A stretch of 64,000 nucleotides of DNA from an uncultured Spirochaetota bacterium (GCA_963783575.1 CAWAOD010000015.1:174236-238235); one strand, 5' to 3'. Positions 1 through 11,331 are shown, numbered from the stretch's first letter. The notes: a model not told the origin generated them from the letters alone. Numbers and translations are program-made.

Positions 1-1068
1 GAAAATAAGGTTTATAAGCTCTTTATTAACGGGAATTATCAGAAAGATATCAATAAAGGCGAAGGTTATATGGAGAATATCGTTGCTGAAGTACCCAATG
101 AAATATCATTGAGAATTCCGGGACAGGGAATTGAGAAGGAAGTTTACCGAAATTTTATAACAGTTAAGGAAGGTGAGGTTTATTCCCTGGATTATTTTCC
201 TTCGGGTTCCGTTACAATTAAAACAAAACCTTTTTCTGAAATATTTATTAATAATGTATCTTTTGGAAAAGCCGGAACTAACGGTGAGCTTAACCTCTAG
301 AATATCAGGGCCGAAGTTTCGAACCTGATCAGAATCGAAAATAACGGGAAAGTTCTTGATACAAGAATGATAAATATTGAAGAGGGTAAAAATTATGAGA
401 TTGTGTTCAATGCTGATAAAGAGCCCGTCACAAATGTTATAACAATCAATAATGAAACGGCTTTTTTGATTAAAAACATTGTTAAAACTAATTTGACATT
501 GATCAATGATTTTGAAGACGGAAAGAGCATTACACCTTTCGGGGGAAACTGGTTTTGTGCCAATGATGCCGCAAACGGCGGCAATTCGGTTGCTATGCCC
601 GATCCTTTTGAAATCGTTACAAATGACAATGGAGCGCATGGCTCTTCAAATTATGTCAGGTTAACCGGGAAAGTAACAACCAAATTTCAATACGGTTTTA
701 TCCTGATTTCCTTCAATTTGATTGATGAAAACACTACAATGGACCTTAGAAAATACAGCGGAATTAAGTTTTCATACCGCGGAGACGGTAAGAGCTATAC
801 GGTTCAAATAAAAGCGAAGAATAACACCGATTATAATTATTATACTTATACAATCACACCGACAGATAAATGGCAGGATATTGCAATCCCTTTTACTTCT
901 TTCAAACAACAGGCATGGGGCCAGAAAAAATCTCTTGAAGATTCGCTGAAAGCGGCATTCGGATTTCAGTGGGAGACCATTGGACAACCAATTTCTTCGG
1001 TAAAGCTTGAGCTGGATGATTTAAATTTTTATTCTTCCGGGGATGAAGCGTTTCGCAGAAGAAGATAA
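1..1068 (+). CDS. 5'-truncated protein with beta-rich (PEGA-like) repeats and a C-terminal CIA30/CBM11-like carbohydrate-binding domain; interrupted by an in-frame TAG at 298-300
   Basis: Frame is open from base 1; ORFs 70..300 and 367..1068 share a frame and only TAG separates them (..GELNL*NIRAEVSN..). The C-terminus has CIA30/CBM11-type motifs (INDFEDG, DLRKYSGIKFSYRGDG, WQDIAIPFTSFKQQAWG, LELDDLNFY). Confidence 0.7.
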
Positions 1069-1305
1069 ACCATCCATATTATAATATAACAGCTAGAAAA
1101 GAATTGCCTGTGCTGAGTAAACCTGAAATCTGCCATAGAATTCCTTGAAGAAGTTTATTCATGGCTCGTATCAGCATTTTATTAAAATTTGAATTTCCTT
1201 TCAAGCACTAATTAATATAATAATTGATACATCAATATTGATATAAAATTCATTTTTTATACTAATTGTTGTTGTATAGTACTGCTGATTCAAGGACTAT
1301 TATAA

Positions 1306-1322
1306 CTGGTATGGTTATTGCA
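1306..1322 (+). promoter_or_regulatory. candidate sigma54 (-24/-12) promoter
   Basis: CTGGTATGGTTATTGCA has exact GG-N10-GC spacing and lies about 40 nt upstream of the ATG at 1363. Palindromes TTGATACATCAA and ATCAATATTGAT lie upstream near 1224-1242. Confidence 0.5.
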
Positions 1323-1362
1323 ATATTATTTAGAACAAATTTATTTATGAATAGGAGACGTT

Positions 1363-2016
1363 ATGTTAAAAATTTACTTATTATCGGCAATTTTTTTCAA
1401 TACAATTTGTTATGGCGGAACATTTACTTATATGGGCAGTATAAAAGATATGGTCTATACAAATGAGATAACTGTCAGCAGTACTTCCGACGGTTATTTA
1501 ATTAAAACTAAATCCGTGAGTAATGCAGTTATGGAAATTGAAACAGATCATGGATTTGCTCAAACGGCATGGATTCTGCATGATGGTGTAAACAATATCG
1601 AAATTACCGCAAAAAGAACGGGAAATATTATAGCTATAAGCGGTATTTTCAAAGGTAAACAATATAATAAAGAAGTTAAAATAGATAAAAGCCCATGGTA
1701 CGAAGCATGGGGTAACGGTTTAACGGCATTTGCGATATCAAAGGAAAAGACTGAGGATTTCTGGTCGATCAATCCTTCGGATATAAATATGACGGCAAAG
1801 TTTAAAGCAAATAAGATTGGTGCAGAAAAAATTAATGTAAACGGTTCACAAATAGAAGCAGTTCATATTAAAGTATCCCTGACAGGATTGCTGGAATCAT
1901 TTTTCAGTTGTGATTATTGGTTCAGGGCTTCTGACGGCAGGGAGGTCCTGAGTAAAATTCCCGGAGGACCGGGTAAATCTCCTGTAATAACTGAATTGAT
2001 TGGAGAGGAATTATGA
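1363..2016 (+). CDS. hypothetical exported beta-rich protein
   Basis: 217 aa ORF with AGGAG RBS and a signal-peptide-like N-terminus; family not recognised. Confidence 0.7.
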   Translation: MLKIYLLSAIFFNTICYGGTFTYMGSIKDMVYTNEITVSSTSDGYLIKTKSVSNAVMEIETDHGFAQTAWILHDGVNNIEITAKRTGNIIAISGIFKGKQYNKEVKIDKSPWYEAWGNGLTAFAISKEKTEDFWSINPSDINMTAKFKANKIGAEKINVNGSQIEAVHIKVSLTGLLESFFSCDYWFRASDGREVLSKIPGGPGKSPVITELIGEEL

Positions 2017-2260
2017 AAATCGACTCAATCCGGCAAAACAAAATGATTTTACTGAAAATTTACACGGTATTTATTAAATTCTGTCATATTCAGGTATCCG
2101 TCTGGTTTCCCTTGGGATCTTATTTTTTGATGCGCATATTTTATCTTTGGATTTTTCCTCTAGCCGTATTAATTTGTAATAAGCAAATGAGAATAATGAA
2201 CTGACAGTCATTTTGAAAAATTTATCGATACGAATACCATAAATAGCATGCTTAATTCGA

Positions 2261-3101
2261 TTATTTTTTAACCCAGGTTGATATAGGAATCCAATTCTCA
2301 TTGTCTAAAGCTGGAGCGCCTTTCTTCCATAAACCTGAAAGTCCAAGTTCTATCGCCGCAAGATTAAAGTTCGCCATTGCGATTCCAATATCCAGGTTTT
2401 GAATTTTAATGCCTTTAAATGCGCTGTTGTAATTCTTATCTTCATCCATGTAAAATCGATATTCATAATCGGAACATATGATACGCCATGGCTGCTTATT
2501 CGAAGCGGAAGGTCCTGACCGGACAGCCTGAAGAATTTTGTAAAAAATATCATTGGGATTTTCCGGGTATTGTCCGGCATCATTATCCGAGAAAAACAAA
2601 CTGCCGAAGGGTTTCCTGTTTTTCGCTCCTATGATAATGCGGACTGCACTTTCCAAGAGTCTTGGATTATCAGCCTCATAGCCGAGCGGCGTTACCGCCG
2701 GGATAACTTCCCCTGGTCGAATTCCAGATTTATCGGCGAATACGTTCCGGTTTAAATTACCCCCGAGCCAGCATGTTCCCAATCCGAGACTCCGTCGCTT
2801 TAAGAATAACAGTTTGCATGCAGTAGCCAAAATCTTCCATTGCATAATCTCCCGGGTTAACCGAACCGGTAAGGTAGATATTAGCTCCCCGGATAATTCC
2901 ATACGTACCCAAAGACTTAATGTCCTCAAGATCATCTTCCTTTATTTCAATAATGGAAAAACTGATTTTATTCCCAAAAGGACCGGTATTATTTTTCCGT
3001 GTAAAATCAGCCACTTCTTTTATTATGCCCTCTTCAACTTTCTTTTCACTGTAAGTCCTCACGGAATGCCTTTTTTCAATTACTTCGAGCATAGTTCCCA
3101 T
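2261..3101 (-). CDS. nitroreductase family protein (two-domain), split by a 1-bp frameshift near 2790
   Basis: N-part has IEKRHSVRTY; C-part has LGLGTCWLGG, GPSASNKQPW and DIGIAMANF. Removing one T (GAG T CTC) gives KATE-LGLGTCW. Confidence 0.85.
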
Positions 3102-3140
3102 AAATTTCTCCTGATTATAATTTTATACTTCAGAGGCGGA

Positions 3141-4175
3141 TTAATTTGTCGTCTTATTTCCCCAGGGATTAAAATCCTCCCAGCCATCCGCCGGCGGATT
3201 TATACCTTTCCGGTATGATTCGATTAAAATATCTTCACATTTTTGCTTTTCAATGGAAAGGATTTTCTTATTTTCCTCCATCCACACAATCTGTCTTTTA
3301 AAAGTTTCCACAAGGGGTACTGTTGTTTTAAATCCAAGATCATTTTTTGCTTTTGAGTTATCAAAAATCGAATCGTATTGGTAGATATATTTCACTCCGA
3401 CGCTCCTTCGCGGAGCTACTTTATAAAGCCAGTCCGTAGGGATGTGAATGATTTCAGGAATCGCACCTGCGGCTTTTCCCAGGGCTTCGTAAACCTCATC
3501 CCAGGTGGTATGCTCATCGCTTGTCAGATGATATGCCTGTCCGAATGCTTTCGGGTTAAGGAGGACATTGACGAATCCAGCTGCGACATCGTTAACATGG
3601 CATATCGCCCATTTTGTCCGCCCGGAATCATGCACAATCACAGGCAGGCCTTTACGGATGCGTTCGACAAGGCTATCGTCAAAAAGGATTCCACTAGCTG
3701 TCACACCTTCACCGGTTGTAAACGACGGGCGAAGAACTGTTGTATAAAGGCCGTCTTTGCCGTTCTCATTTAGCAGAATGGATTCAATCTGTGATTTGTT
3801 TCTTCCATAATCCGAAACAAAGCGGTGAGGTTCGTCATCATCGGCAGGAAGCTTTGTCAGCGGGCCGCCATACACGCATACCGTGGAACATACAACAATC
3901 TGTTTAACCCTTCCCTTGAAAGCCCGCAGAACAGACCTTGCGTTTTCCGGATCGTATGCGACCATATCTATCACAGCGTCAAAACTGTGATCCTTCATCC
4001 GGTTTTCAAATTCCTTATAATTCCACCTGTCGCCAATTATTGTTTTAACTTTGGAAGAAATTCTTTTTTCCGTAACACCGCGGTTGAAAACAGTAACATC
4101 ATCACCGCGAATTGCAAGCCGGTTAACGATTGCTGTGGAAATGAGCCCTGTGCCGCCGATAATCAATATCTTCAT
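3141..4175 (-). CDS. NAD-dependent epimerase/dehydratase family (extended SDR)
   Basis: N-terminal Rossmann motif ILIIGGTGLIS, STVCVYG, and YGRNK (YxxxK). Confidence 0.85.
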   Translation of the reverse strand: MKILIIGGTGLISTAIVNRLAIRGDDVTVFNRGVTEKRISSKVKTIIGDRWNYKEFENRMKDHSFDAVIDMVAYDPENARSVLRAFKGRVKQIVVCSTVCVYGGPLTKLPADDDEPHRFVSDYGRNKSQIESILLNENGKDGLYTTVLRPSFTTGEGVTASGILFDDSLVERIRKGLPVIVHDSGRTKWAICHVNDVAAGFVNVLLNPKAFGQAYHLTSDEHTTWDEVYEALGKAAGAIPEIIHIPTDWLYKVAPRRSVGVKYIYQYDSIFDNSKAKNDLGFKTTVPLVETFKRQIVWMEENKKILSIEKQKCEDILIESYRKGINPPADGWEDFNPWGNKTTN

Positions 4176-4303
4176 GAATTTTCTCCTGAATCAGACAGAT
4201 TTCTTTAATAATATTTTATTCGATAGGCCGGCATATTGCAAATAAAAGATGTCAAAGTATTGAGGTCAAAGGAATGATCTCATTGTCTTCAATCCCGTAT
4301 ACT

Positions 4304-6091
4304 TTAAGGGAACGGTCTTTGCACCAGTATCTTCGGAATGCCGAGGTCGTGGGGTTTTATTATCCTAAAGCTGGAAACCGAACCGATTCCCGAAGAAACC
4401 ACATTGTATCCGATGTAAAAAGGGCCGTAATTGCCGGTACTGTTGGTAGCCATCCAGACGTATAGCACATTACCAAATCCGGAAGGCGGGTCAGTCACCA
4501 TCGCTGTAAAATTATATGCACCGCCCTGTGAAGGAGCTTCTATCGCTCCGACATTGGAACACGCGTTATTATTCGAATCCCAGTAATAAAGTGTGGAAGT
4601 GGTTTCATTCGAAGCTGAGTATATGAAATTGTAAGAGGCACCAGCCGTTAGATCACCCTGAAGAGGAAATGACATGGAAAAATCCCCTGAATAAACAGGC
4701 TCATATTCATAGGGGTATGGATCCGGTGTAGCCGAATAATCGCTTGTATAAACAAGGAAATCTGCCAGCACGTTCATAGGAGTCAAACAATTGTCCATCA
4801 ATATAACTGTAGCATAACCCGGAACTGCCGGAAGCATTTGTACGGCCGCAAGCAAGCCCTTCCTGGTGAAAAAAGTCCAGTTATTATACCAGGTTCCATA
4901 TACTGTAATAGCACCGGTTAAGGGCGCCGTTCCAGCCGGAAGATTGATTTGAAGCGAAGCCCCGCTTGAACCTGTCTGATAAACAGGGGTTACTGTGCCT
5001 GAAAAAGTATACCCATCCTCAAAAAAGATGCTTGTCATAGTTGAAAGGCCGTGAAATGTCCAGGGCGTATTGGTAAAGGCGGAAAGGCTCTCGGGAGTAT
5101 TGAGAAACTGGTACTGCTGGTTGGTCGGATAACGAGCAAGGATGTAATATTGCGGAGGAACGAAAAGCCAACCCGAACAGTAAGGACCCGGCGTATATGT
5201 GGAATTCTGATAGAGATTACCCCTGTCATATGTAACGTCGATGAAAAGGTAGTTACTGTTTATCTGGACAACGTTCCAGTAATGCGGCATAAGCGGTGTT
5301 GTTGTTACCACTGCGTTCGTACCCAGGCAGTAACCGAAAACATTGCAGGCATTCATGCCAGCAAGCACGCACATCGTTGAAAAAAGGAATGCCAAACCGT
5401 TGCACTCGGTCTTCCTTGTCGTTAATGTTACATACGGCGAGGGATCGAAGTCCTTCTGCGCCAAGTAGTTGTCCCAATCGTAGTATATATTTGAAACAAT
5501 CCAGTCATGGATGTACTTCATTCTGAGTACGGGATCCGAAGCCGATGAAACGAGGCAGTTTACTAGCTGCGGCAGGTAGTCGGCAGGGTCGGTAAATACG
5601 CCGCTCTGGATCGATGCTGGTACGGAAGCAAGTACTGACCGGGTATCCATATTTCTTACAGCGTCAATATTGCAGGAACTCTGGAAATTGCCGGGAAGTA
5701 TTGACCATTGCGCATACAGCTTTACGTTTTGAGCCCCCATGGAGAATGTGGAACCCACTGTGTACGGCTTGCCGCTTCCGTTCGCCGACGTATTCCAACC
5801 TGCGAATGAACCCTCTTCGCTGCCTGGAGGAAACAGATCCTCCGGATACTTGACGCTGACTGTCTGACCTGCTGAGTAGTAATTCGTATCCGTAGGCGCA
5901 ATTCCGCCGCCCACATTTGCGTTATAAGCTACATAAACAGAGTTGGAAGTGGCTGAATTGGCTTTACTTGATCCGCCTGCGCCTCCGTCCCCGCTACTCG
6001 AAAGCAGGGGTGCGCATGAGAACAAGGTAAAAAAAGTCAGGCCTGTCACGATAGAACACGAAGGTATTACAAACTCTTTCATAAATCCCAC
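4304..6091 (-). CDS. lipoprotein with an InlB B-repeat/Listeria-Bacteroides repeat and a transglutaminase-like domain
   Basis: Lipobox TLFSC plus Ser/Gly tether; VAYNAN..FAGWNT..KLYAQW repeat; triad TECNGLA / HYWNVV / IDVTYD. Start may be the ATG at 6082. Confidence 0.8.
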   Translation of the reverse strand: MGFMKEFVIPSCSIVTGLTFFTLFSCAPLLSSSGDGGAGGSSKANSATSNSVYVAYNANVGGGIAPTDTNYYSAGQTVSVKYPEDLFPPGSEEGSFAGWNTSANGSGKPYTVGSTFSMGAQNVKLYAQWSILPGNFQSSCNIDAVRNMDTRSVLASVPASIQSGVFTDPADYLPQLVNCLVSSASDPVLRMKYIHDWIVSNIYYDWDNYLAQKDFDPSPYVTLTTRKTECNGLAFLFSTMCVLAGMNACNVFGYCLGTNAVVTTTPLMPHYWNVVQINSNYLFIDVTYDRGNLYQNSTYTPGPYCSGWLFVPPQYYILARYPTNQQYQFLNTPESLSAFTNTPWTFHGLSTMTSIFFEDGYTFSGTVTPVYQTGSSGASLQINLPAGTAPLTGAITVYGTWYNNWTFFTRKGLLAAVQMLPAVPGYATVILMDNCLTPMNVLADFLVYTSDYSATPDPYPYEYEPVYSGDFSMSFPLQGDLTAGASYNFIYSASNETTSTLYYWDSNNNACSNVGAIEAPSQGGAYNFTAMVTDPPSGFGNVLYVWMATNSTGNYGPFYIGYNVVSSGIGSVSSFRIIKPHDLGIPKILVQRPFP

Positions 6092-6367
6092 CTTGACAAT
6101 TTACTGACCTCTCGGACTATAGTCGAAAAATCCTTGGTCAATAATTACATGCATTTTGATACTTTTATACCGCTATCGATCCCGCTAAATTTATGCCGGG
6201 AATACACATTTACCGCCTCCCACACCGGAAAGTTGCCGGACAATTTGAAATTTACCAATAAAAAAGCCGGATAAGCATAGGAATTATTGACTCCATACCC
6301 CAATTTAACCTGGGTTGTACTACTGTTTGTCCAGCAGCGGGCATTATAAAACCGCCGCTTAAAAAAA

Positions 6368-7456
6368 CTAAGGAGCCCTGCAGATATTGACACATTCCAT
6401 CGGAGAAAAAACGTTAAGGTAACTTAAGTTTGTCACTGTCCCGCTCAAATCGCCATATACCAATATGTCGCCCGTCTGGTCCCAAATGACCACATCGTTT
6501 TGATTGACGCTTAATCTCCATGGAGCAAAAGCGTTATTTGTAGAATAGACGGTCTTTTTATTTCCAAGCAAGTCATATCTTCTCAACTCAAGAAGGTTGT
6601 TGGAATCGCACCGGAGCACGAAAAGATAACTATTGTTCATTCCGAAAAACCATGACTTATTGTTCGGGTAAACCGATTCGTCTTCCGTTATCAAATTGCT
6701 TATCGAATTGCAGGACGACGGGTCGAGTTGTTGAAGGAGAAGGATGTTGCTCACGACATTCGCGGTGTAAAGATTTCCTCCGCTCTGAAGGATAGGCCCT
6801 TTTTGACTCCACCATAAATTTGTAGAATGTGTAATAACTCCGCTGGATATATCCATATATGAAAGATAACCGCCCTCATTCTTTAATTTTAAAGGATTCC
6901 ACCAGTAGTATTCGGAATAATATAAGAAATTGCCGATAAGAACAAAACCTTTGGAAAAATCCATACTATCATTGACTGTCGGGAAATTCCCGCTCATAAG
7001 CGTCACCGGATTATAGGTATTGAACGACCAGCTGCCCGAACTGTTGGCCGGGTTACTCCCTGAAGCCAGAATAAGGATATTGCTCGACAAGCCTGTTATC
7101 ACCGATAGTTCTTCGTCATAACCGGGAGCCCAGCTGTCGGCAGTATAGTACGTAAATTGAGTTAAAACACTCTGCATAAGCAGATAACGGAGGAATGAAT
7201 AGGCTTGAGAATGTACCACGACATCGTAGCCTGGATAGGTTGTGCTGCTTCCGGTGGAAATTTTGAAAAATAACATAAGGTCGCCAGAGTTAATTGTTAC
7301 CTGCTGGCTTGAAATACTTGATGCTGAAGAAGACGAATCTGCAATACTGCTTGATATGCTCGTTACTGAATCTGTAAGCCCCGGTTTGTTCTGACATGCG
7401 GAAATCATTAATACTATAGAAAAAGCGATAAATATCATGATACTTCTGTCTATCAT
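6368..7456 (-). CDS. hypothetical lipoprotein (beta-rich)
   Basis: Lipobox MISAC, Ser-rich tether, GGAGG RBS; no family recognised. Confidence 0.7.
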   Translation of the reverse strand: MIDRSIMIFIAFSIVLMISACQNKPGLTDSVTSISSSIADSSSSASSISSQQVTINSGDLMLFFKISTGSSTTYPGYDVVVHSQAYSFLRYLLMQSVLTQFTYYTADSWAPGYDEELSVITGLSSNILILASGSNPANSSGSWSFNTYNPVTLMSGNFPTVNDSMDFSKGFVLIGNFLYYSEYYWWNPLKLKNEGGYLSYMDISSGVITHSTNLWWSQKGPILQSGGNLYTANVVSNILLLQQLDPSSCNSISNLITEDESVYPNNKSWFFGMNNSYLFVLRCDSNNLLELRRYDLLGNKKTVYSTNNAFAPWRLSVNQNDVVIWDQTGDILVYGDLSGTVTNLSYLNVFSPMECVNICRAP

Positions 7457-7522
7457 TTTTCACCTCCGATTTACAACATTACCCAATAAAGTGTTGTATA
7501 GGAATAATATACTTCTTGAAGA

Positions 7523-9340
7523 TTAAAACCGCAATATGCTTCTTTTTTCTCCCAGAAATTCAACTTTGCTCGCCGGCAGACTGATAATGTAGTTTTCCCA
7601 ATCAGTGATTAAAGAATTGAAATCCTTCCCAAAGGCGAAATTGAATTCACCGGAGAATTGACTTGAATCGTTGTTGTTAGTAAAAGCCTGTATAAAATCG
7701 ACAATTTTTGCCCTTCCGTAACACAAATAAATGTAGTTCATGAAAGAAAAAGATTGATCATAAGCGACATCAGCCTCTGAGGCGGTAAGAACACCGAATG
7801 AATTCGTAGCTATGTATACCCAGTCAAGAAGCGAATTATTGGCAATATAGTTTTTCACATTATTATTAGCATTCGTAACCTGGACGCAATTACTGATGAA
7901 ATTGGCGCCGGCTATCTGCGCTATGCCTTCATTAATCCAGGACGGAAAACATCCTCCGCAGAGAATATTTAAAATTTCGTTATGCATAAACTCATGCTGT
8001 AAATCGTAAACAAACTCTGTCATTGACCAATTGGTAAAATACGGCGAGATGGCAATCAAATTGTCACCAGTTGCAAATCCTCCAGGCATCCATAAATTTG
8101 TTCCAAAAAATTGCATAAACTCGTTGGAAGTGGAGAAAAATACAATTATGGGTTTATTTAACCGGCTATAGTCATTCAGGAAACCATGATCCGCTATATA
8201 TACTGTGCTATCAATATCAGCAGTATAAGTGCTAACAAAAGAAGCATACTCCGGCCTGTAATTAATCTGAAAATACGTGCTCTGGAAGGATTCGGAAGAG
8301 TACGGCCAGCCGGAAGTTAAACAGGTATTGGTTATCCGGTTAAGGCTATCGTAACAATTTACAACCGTACAGCCCCGTGTGGTATTGACATGGCTTCCGT
8401 CAGGCAAGTAATCACAAATGTCGCCATTGGAAAGAATGTAAATCTTATGCCCTCCCCCTTCAACCTCCTTATAACCGTTTTCAAATATTGCATTAGTCAT
8501 TCCCGATGACTGCGCAATCCAAAGCTCTTTCCATGTATTCAGTATACATACATTCATTCCGTTGGAAAAGATCAAATTTTTATTGGAATTAACATTCCAG
8601 TAGCTGATGCCCCATGAATCAAACCCGGCTCTATAATCAGTGATTCCGAATGTCTCAAAAGTAATACCTTCCGGATAGATTAGTTTATAATAATCCGAGC
8701 CGTCGCTATTTGTCCAGCGGCAATAGTAAAAACCCGAGAAGGCATGGTAATCGATCAGGCCGCTGCTATATGCTGTCAGATAATAAGAAGACTGCCAGTT
8801 GCTGATATAGGTGTAATTGCGGGAAGCCGGTTCCCAGTAATAAGCGGAAGCCGTATTCATAGACCGTCCGCCGTCGGTATAGAGGCATTTCTGCCCACCG
8901 GAAGCATTTGTATAATAATTATAATTAGTAGCGGTATATGAAAGATACCATGTGTATGCGGCATCTGCCTGGTCAAAAGATTCCCATACGGGTTTCCGGT
9001 TTGTAATATCCGTCATTAAAGGAGGAATAACGGCCTGCCGCAGTGTCTCATAATTTGTAAAGAAATAATTGTAAACGTTCCGGTCTTGTTCACAGTTCCA
9101 GTAATTAAAATTGGTGCAGTTATAGCCCGACATTGTCTGTATGACAGACAGGACAGCCGGAGGAACGGAAAATGCCGAAGAGGAAGAACCGGAACCGGCC
9201 GACGATAAACCTGACGAAGTAGAACTGGAATGGGTTGTTGATGAAGATTCGGTCTCATTCGGTCCGGGAGTGGTCATATAACAGGAATTTTCAAGAATAA
9301 TGCAGACAGTTAATAGAAATAATAAAATAATTTCTTTCAT
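7523..9340 (-). CDS. lipoprotein with a C-terminal gluzincin (peptidase MA-like) zinc metalloprotease domain
   Basis: Lipobox LENSC and Ser tether; HEFMH ... PSWINEGIAQ ... AYDQS motifs. Confidence 0.8.
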   Translation of the reverse strand: MKEIILLFLLTVCIILENSCYMTTPGPNETESSSTTHSSSTSSGLSSAGSGSSSSAFSVPPAVLSVIQTMSGYNCTNFNYWNCEQDRNVYNYFFTNYETLRQAVIPPLMTDITNRKPVWESFDQADAAYTWYLSYTATNYNYYTNASGGQKCLYTDGGRSMNTASAYYWEPASRNYTYISNWQSSYYLTAYSSGLIDYHAFSGFYYCRWTNSDGSDYYKLIYPEGITFETFGITDYRAGFDSWGISYWNVNSNKNLIFSNGMNVCILNTWKELWIAQSSGMTNAIFENGYKEVEGGGHKIYILSNGDICDYLPDGSHVNTTRGCTVVNCYDSLNRITNTCLTSGWPYSSESFQSTYFQINYRPEYASFVSTYTADIDSTVYIADHGFLNDYSRLNKPIIVFFSTSNEFMQFFGTNLWMPGGFATGDNLIAISPYFTNWSMTEFVYDLQHEFMHNEILNILCGGCFPSWINEGIAQIAGANFISNCVQVTNANNNVKNYIANNSLLDWVYIATNSFGVLTASEADVAYDQSFSFMNYIYLCYGRAKIVDFIQAFTNNNDSSQFSGEFNFAFGKDFNSLITDWENYIISLPASKVEFLGEKRSILRF

Positions 9341-9393
9341 ATTACCCTGCTTAATTCTTAATGTAGAAACAGTTAATAACCTTCAATATTTTT

Positions 9394-9422
9394 ATTCTAA
9401 CTATCCCATTATGAATTGTCAA
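9394..9422 (-). promoter_or_regulatory. sigma70-type promoter for 7523..9340
   Basis: Minus strand reads TTGACA-17 nt-TAGAAT. Confidence 0.6.
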
Positions 9423-9625
9423 GAGAAATTCTAACTGATTTATCGGTTAAACCACCGGATTTCAACCCTTCAAAATTTATTTATGATTTAGATGTGCTTT
9501 TTAAAACTGAATGATCGAGTGGGCTTGCCGTTCCAGGAGAATTCGAGGCAGCCTGTTACGAGTGCGCCTGTGATATTTTCCTGGAACTGATTAGGGAATT
9601 TAACATACAATTTATTTGATAGAAA

Positions 9626-9709
9626 ATTTTATAATTTCCAGCCTTGGTAAGTATATTCAAATTCAAAATTATTGTCAAAATAAATCGAATTTTTCACCGC
9701 CAAAGTTTT
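9626..9709 (-). repeat. copy of an ~84 bp promoter-containing repeat (other copy 13462-13544); includes TTGACA-17-TATACT at 9650-9678
   Basis: Direct visual alignment of the two intergenic segments. Confidence 0.8.
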
Positions 9710-9766
9710 GCACACTCTTCATTGTAATAACATGCCACAAAATGTAAAGGTAATATACTTTAGGGG

Positions 9767-11331
9767 CTATTTTAACGTTGGTAGTACATAATTCCTGAAG
9801 AACGGTTTTATCCCCATTTTTGAAGTTCCGCTTCCGCATACCGGCCAGATGATTTGTCCGTATAATTGATATACGTTATTATTATCATAATATCCTATGC
9901 ATAAATTAACGTCACTGATTCCGGGATTTACTGTCACGGAGCCTGAGTAAAGGCCTTCATTATTATTCGAAAACCAATTAACATATGTATTTGAGATATT
10001 ATTACCCTGGCTGACACAAACACCATAGGCCGCTGTCATGCCGGGACGAGTACTGAAAAGCTGTAGCTACTTCCAACTTGAAGCTGACTCACTGTAGGAT
10101 AGGCCTGAAGCTGGATAGTGTTGGTTCCGTCATACCAAACTGAAGGCACGCAGTCCTGTTTCAGATAACTTAACATGTCTGACTTGTTACCGCCCATCTG
10201 GACGAACCATAGCGCATACCAGCTGAAGCTCTCGGGCAAAGGCAGGTAAGGACACATTCCCAGGATCTGATCAGGCGTATAACCAACCAATACCAATAAT
10301 GTCGGTAAGTCGCCATTAAACTGCGGAGCGCTTGCCCAGCTGACAAGTGTCATGTTTGACGGCATAAGCAGCCAGTTTGTATCAAGGGGGAAATGATTGA
10401 ATACAAACAGGCGGGGATCCATATCAAAAAATGCTGACCAGCAATTGGTTAAAATAGTTGTATAGGCCCCATGAAAATTCACTTCTGCCCAAGTAGTTTC
10501 CATGAAATGCCATGAACCATCAATCAGTACGGCATTCCAGGCATGTGAGCCTATGGCCAGGCCGCCGATATTCGTGGTGCAATATATACTGTTAGAGTAG
10601 CTTCCATATTGATCGGAACCTGCTATAACTTGAGCTTTCAGGCCCAACCCCGCAATAATATTCGAATAAAGCGCAGAGTGACCGCCGCAATCTCCTAAAC
10701 GGTTCTCGAATACAAGATTTGGATCATGGTCTGCTTCTGATATCGTACCGTTTGAAAATGCGGCCCAATCGTAGGTTATATTGTACACAATCCAGTCGTA
10801 TGCCCCGCGCGCACGGTCCCAATCATTATAGGATATGGACTGGATATAGTTAATTAAGCCCTGGATACTGCCCGGTGAAGCCATATTTCTTATAGCAGAA
10901 TCAATTCCGGGAAAATCGTTTGTATTTTCAGTGTTAACAGTCGTATAGACCGGAACCCAGTCCGCAAAAAGAGTAATATCAGACGATCCCATCGAAAATG
11001 TTGTTCCTGCGCAATAAACTGTCCCGGAAGCATTGGTCCAGCCAGCAAAGTTGTAGCCACTTATCGACATACCTCCTGTGTTTCCGAGAATTGTAACCTG
11101 TTGCCCATTTAAATATTTATTAGCGTCGATTGGAACGTTGCCCGCGGTTGCTCCATCAGCGTTGTATGTTACCATAAAGGTATTTGTATTAGTGCTATTA
11201 TTAGAACTAAAAGAAGATAATGATGAACTAGAACTCGATGATGTAGGGCTTGTTAGCGCAGAACAAGCAGCGATAAAAACTCCCAGAGTGATAATTATAC
11301 TGGAAAATAACGTAATATTTTTCAAATTCAT
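9767..11331 (-). CDS. lipoprotein with a B-repeat and a transglutaminase-like domain, frameshifted near 10042
   Basis: Lipobox FIAAC; GDCGGHS / HAWNAV / METTW; the 9767..10039 piece aligns with the C-terminus of 11629..13458 (LYSGSVTVNPGISDVNL vs LYSGAVTINSGISNVGL). Confidence 0.8.

Noticed and set aside
6145..6393. 82-aa ORF as a gene or frameshifted tail of 6368..7456
   Set aside because: No RBS, recognisable motif or paralog to define a frame; left uncalled.
9520..9600. c-di-GMP or other known riboswitch
   Set aside because: I could not match the conserved motifs of any riboswitch class I know; kept only as an unexplained hairpin.
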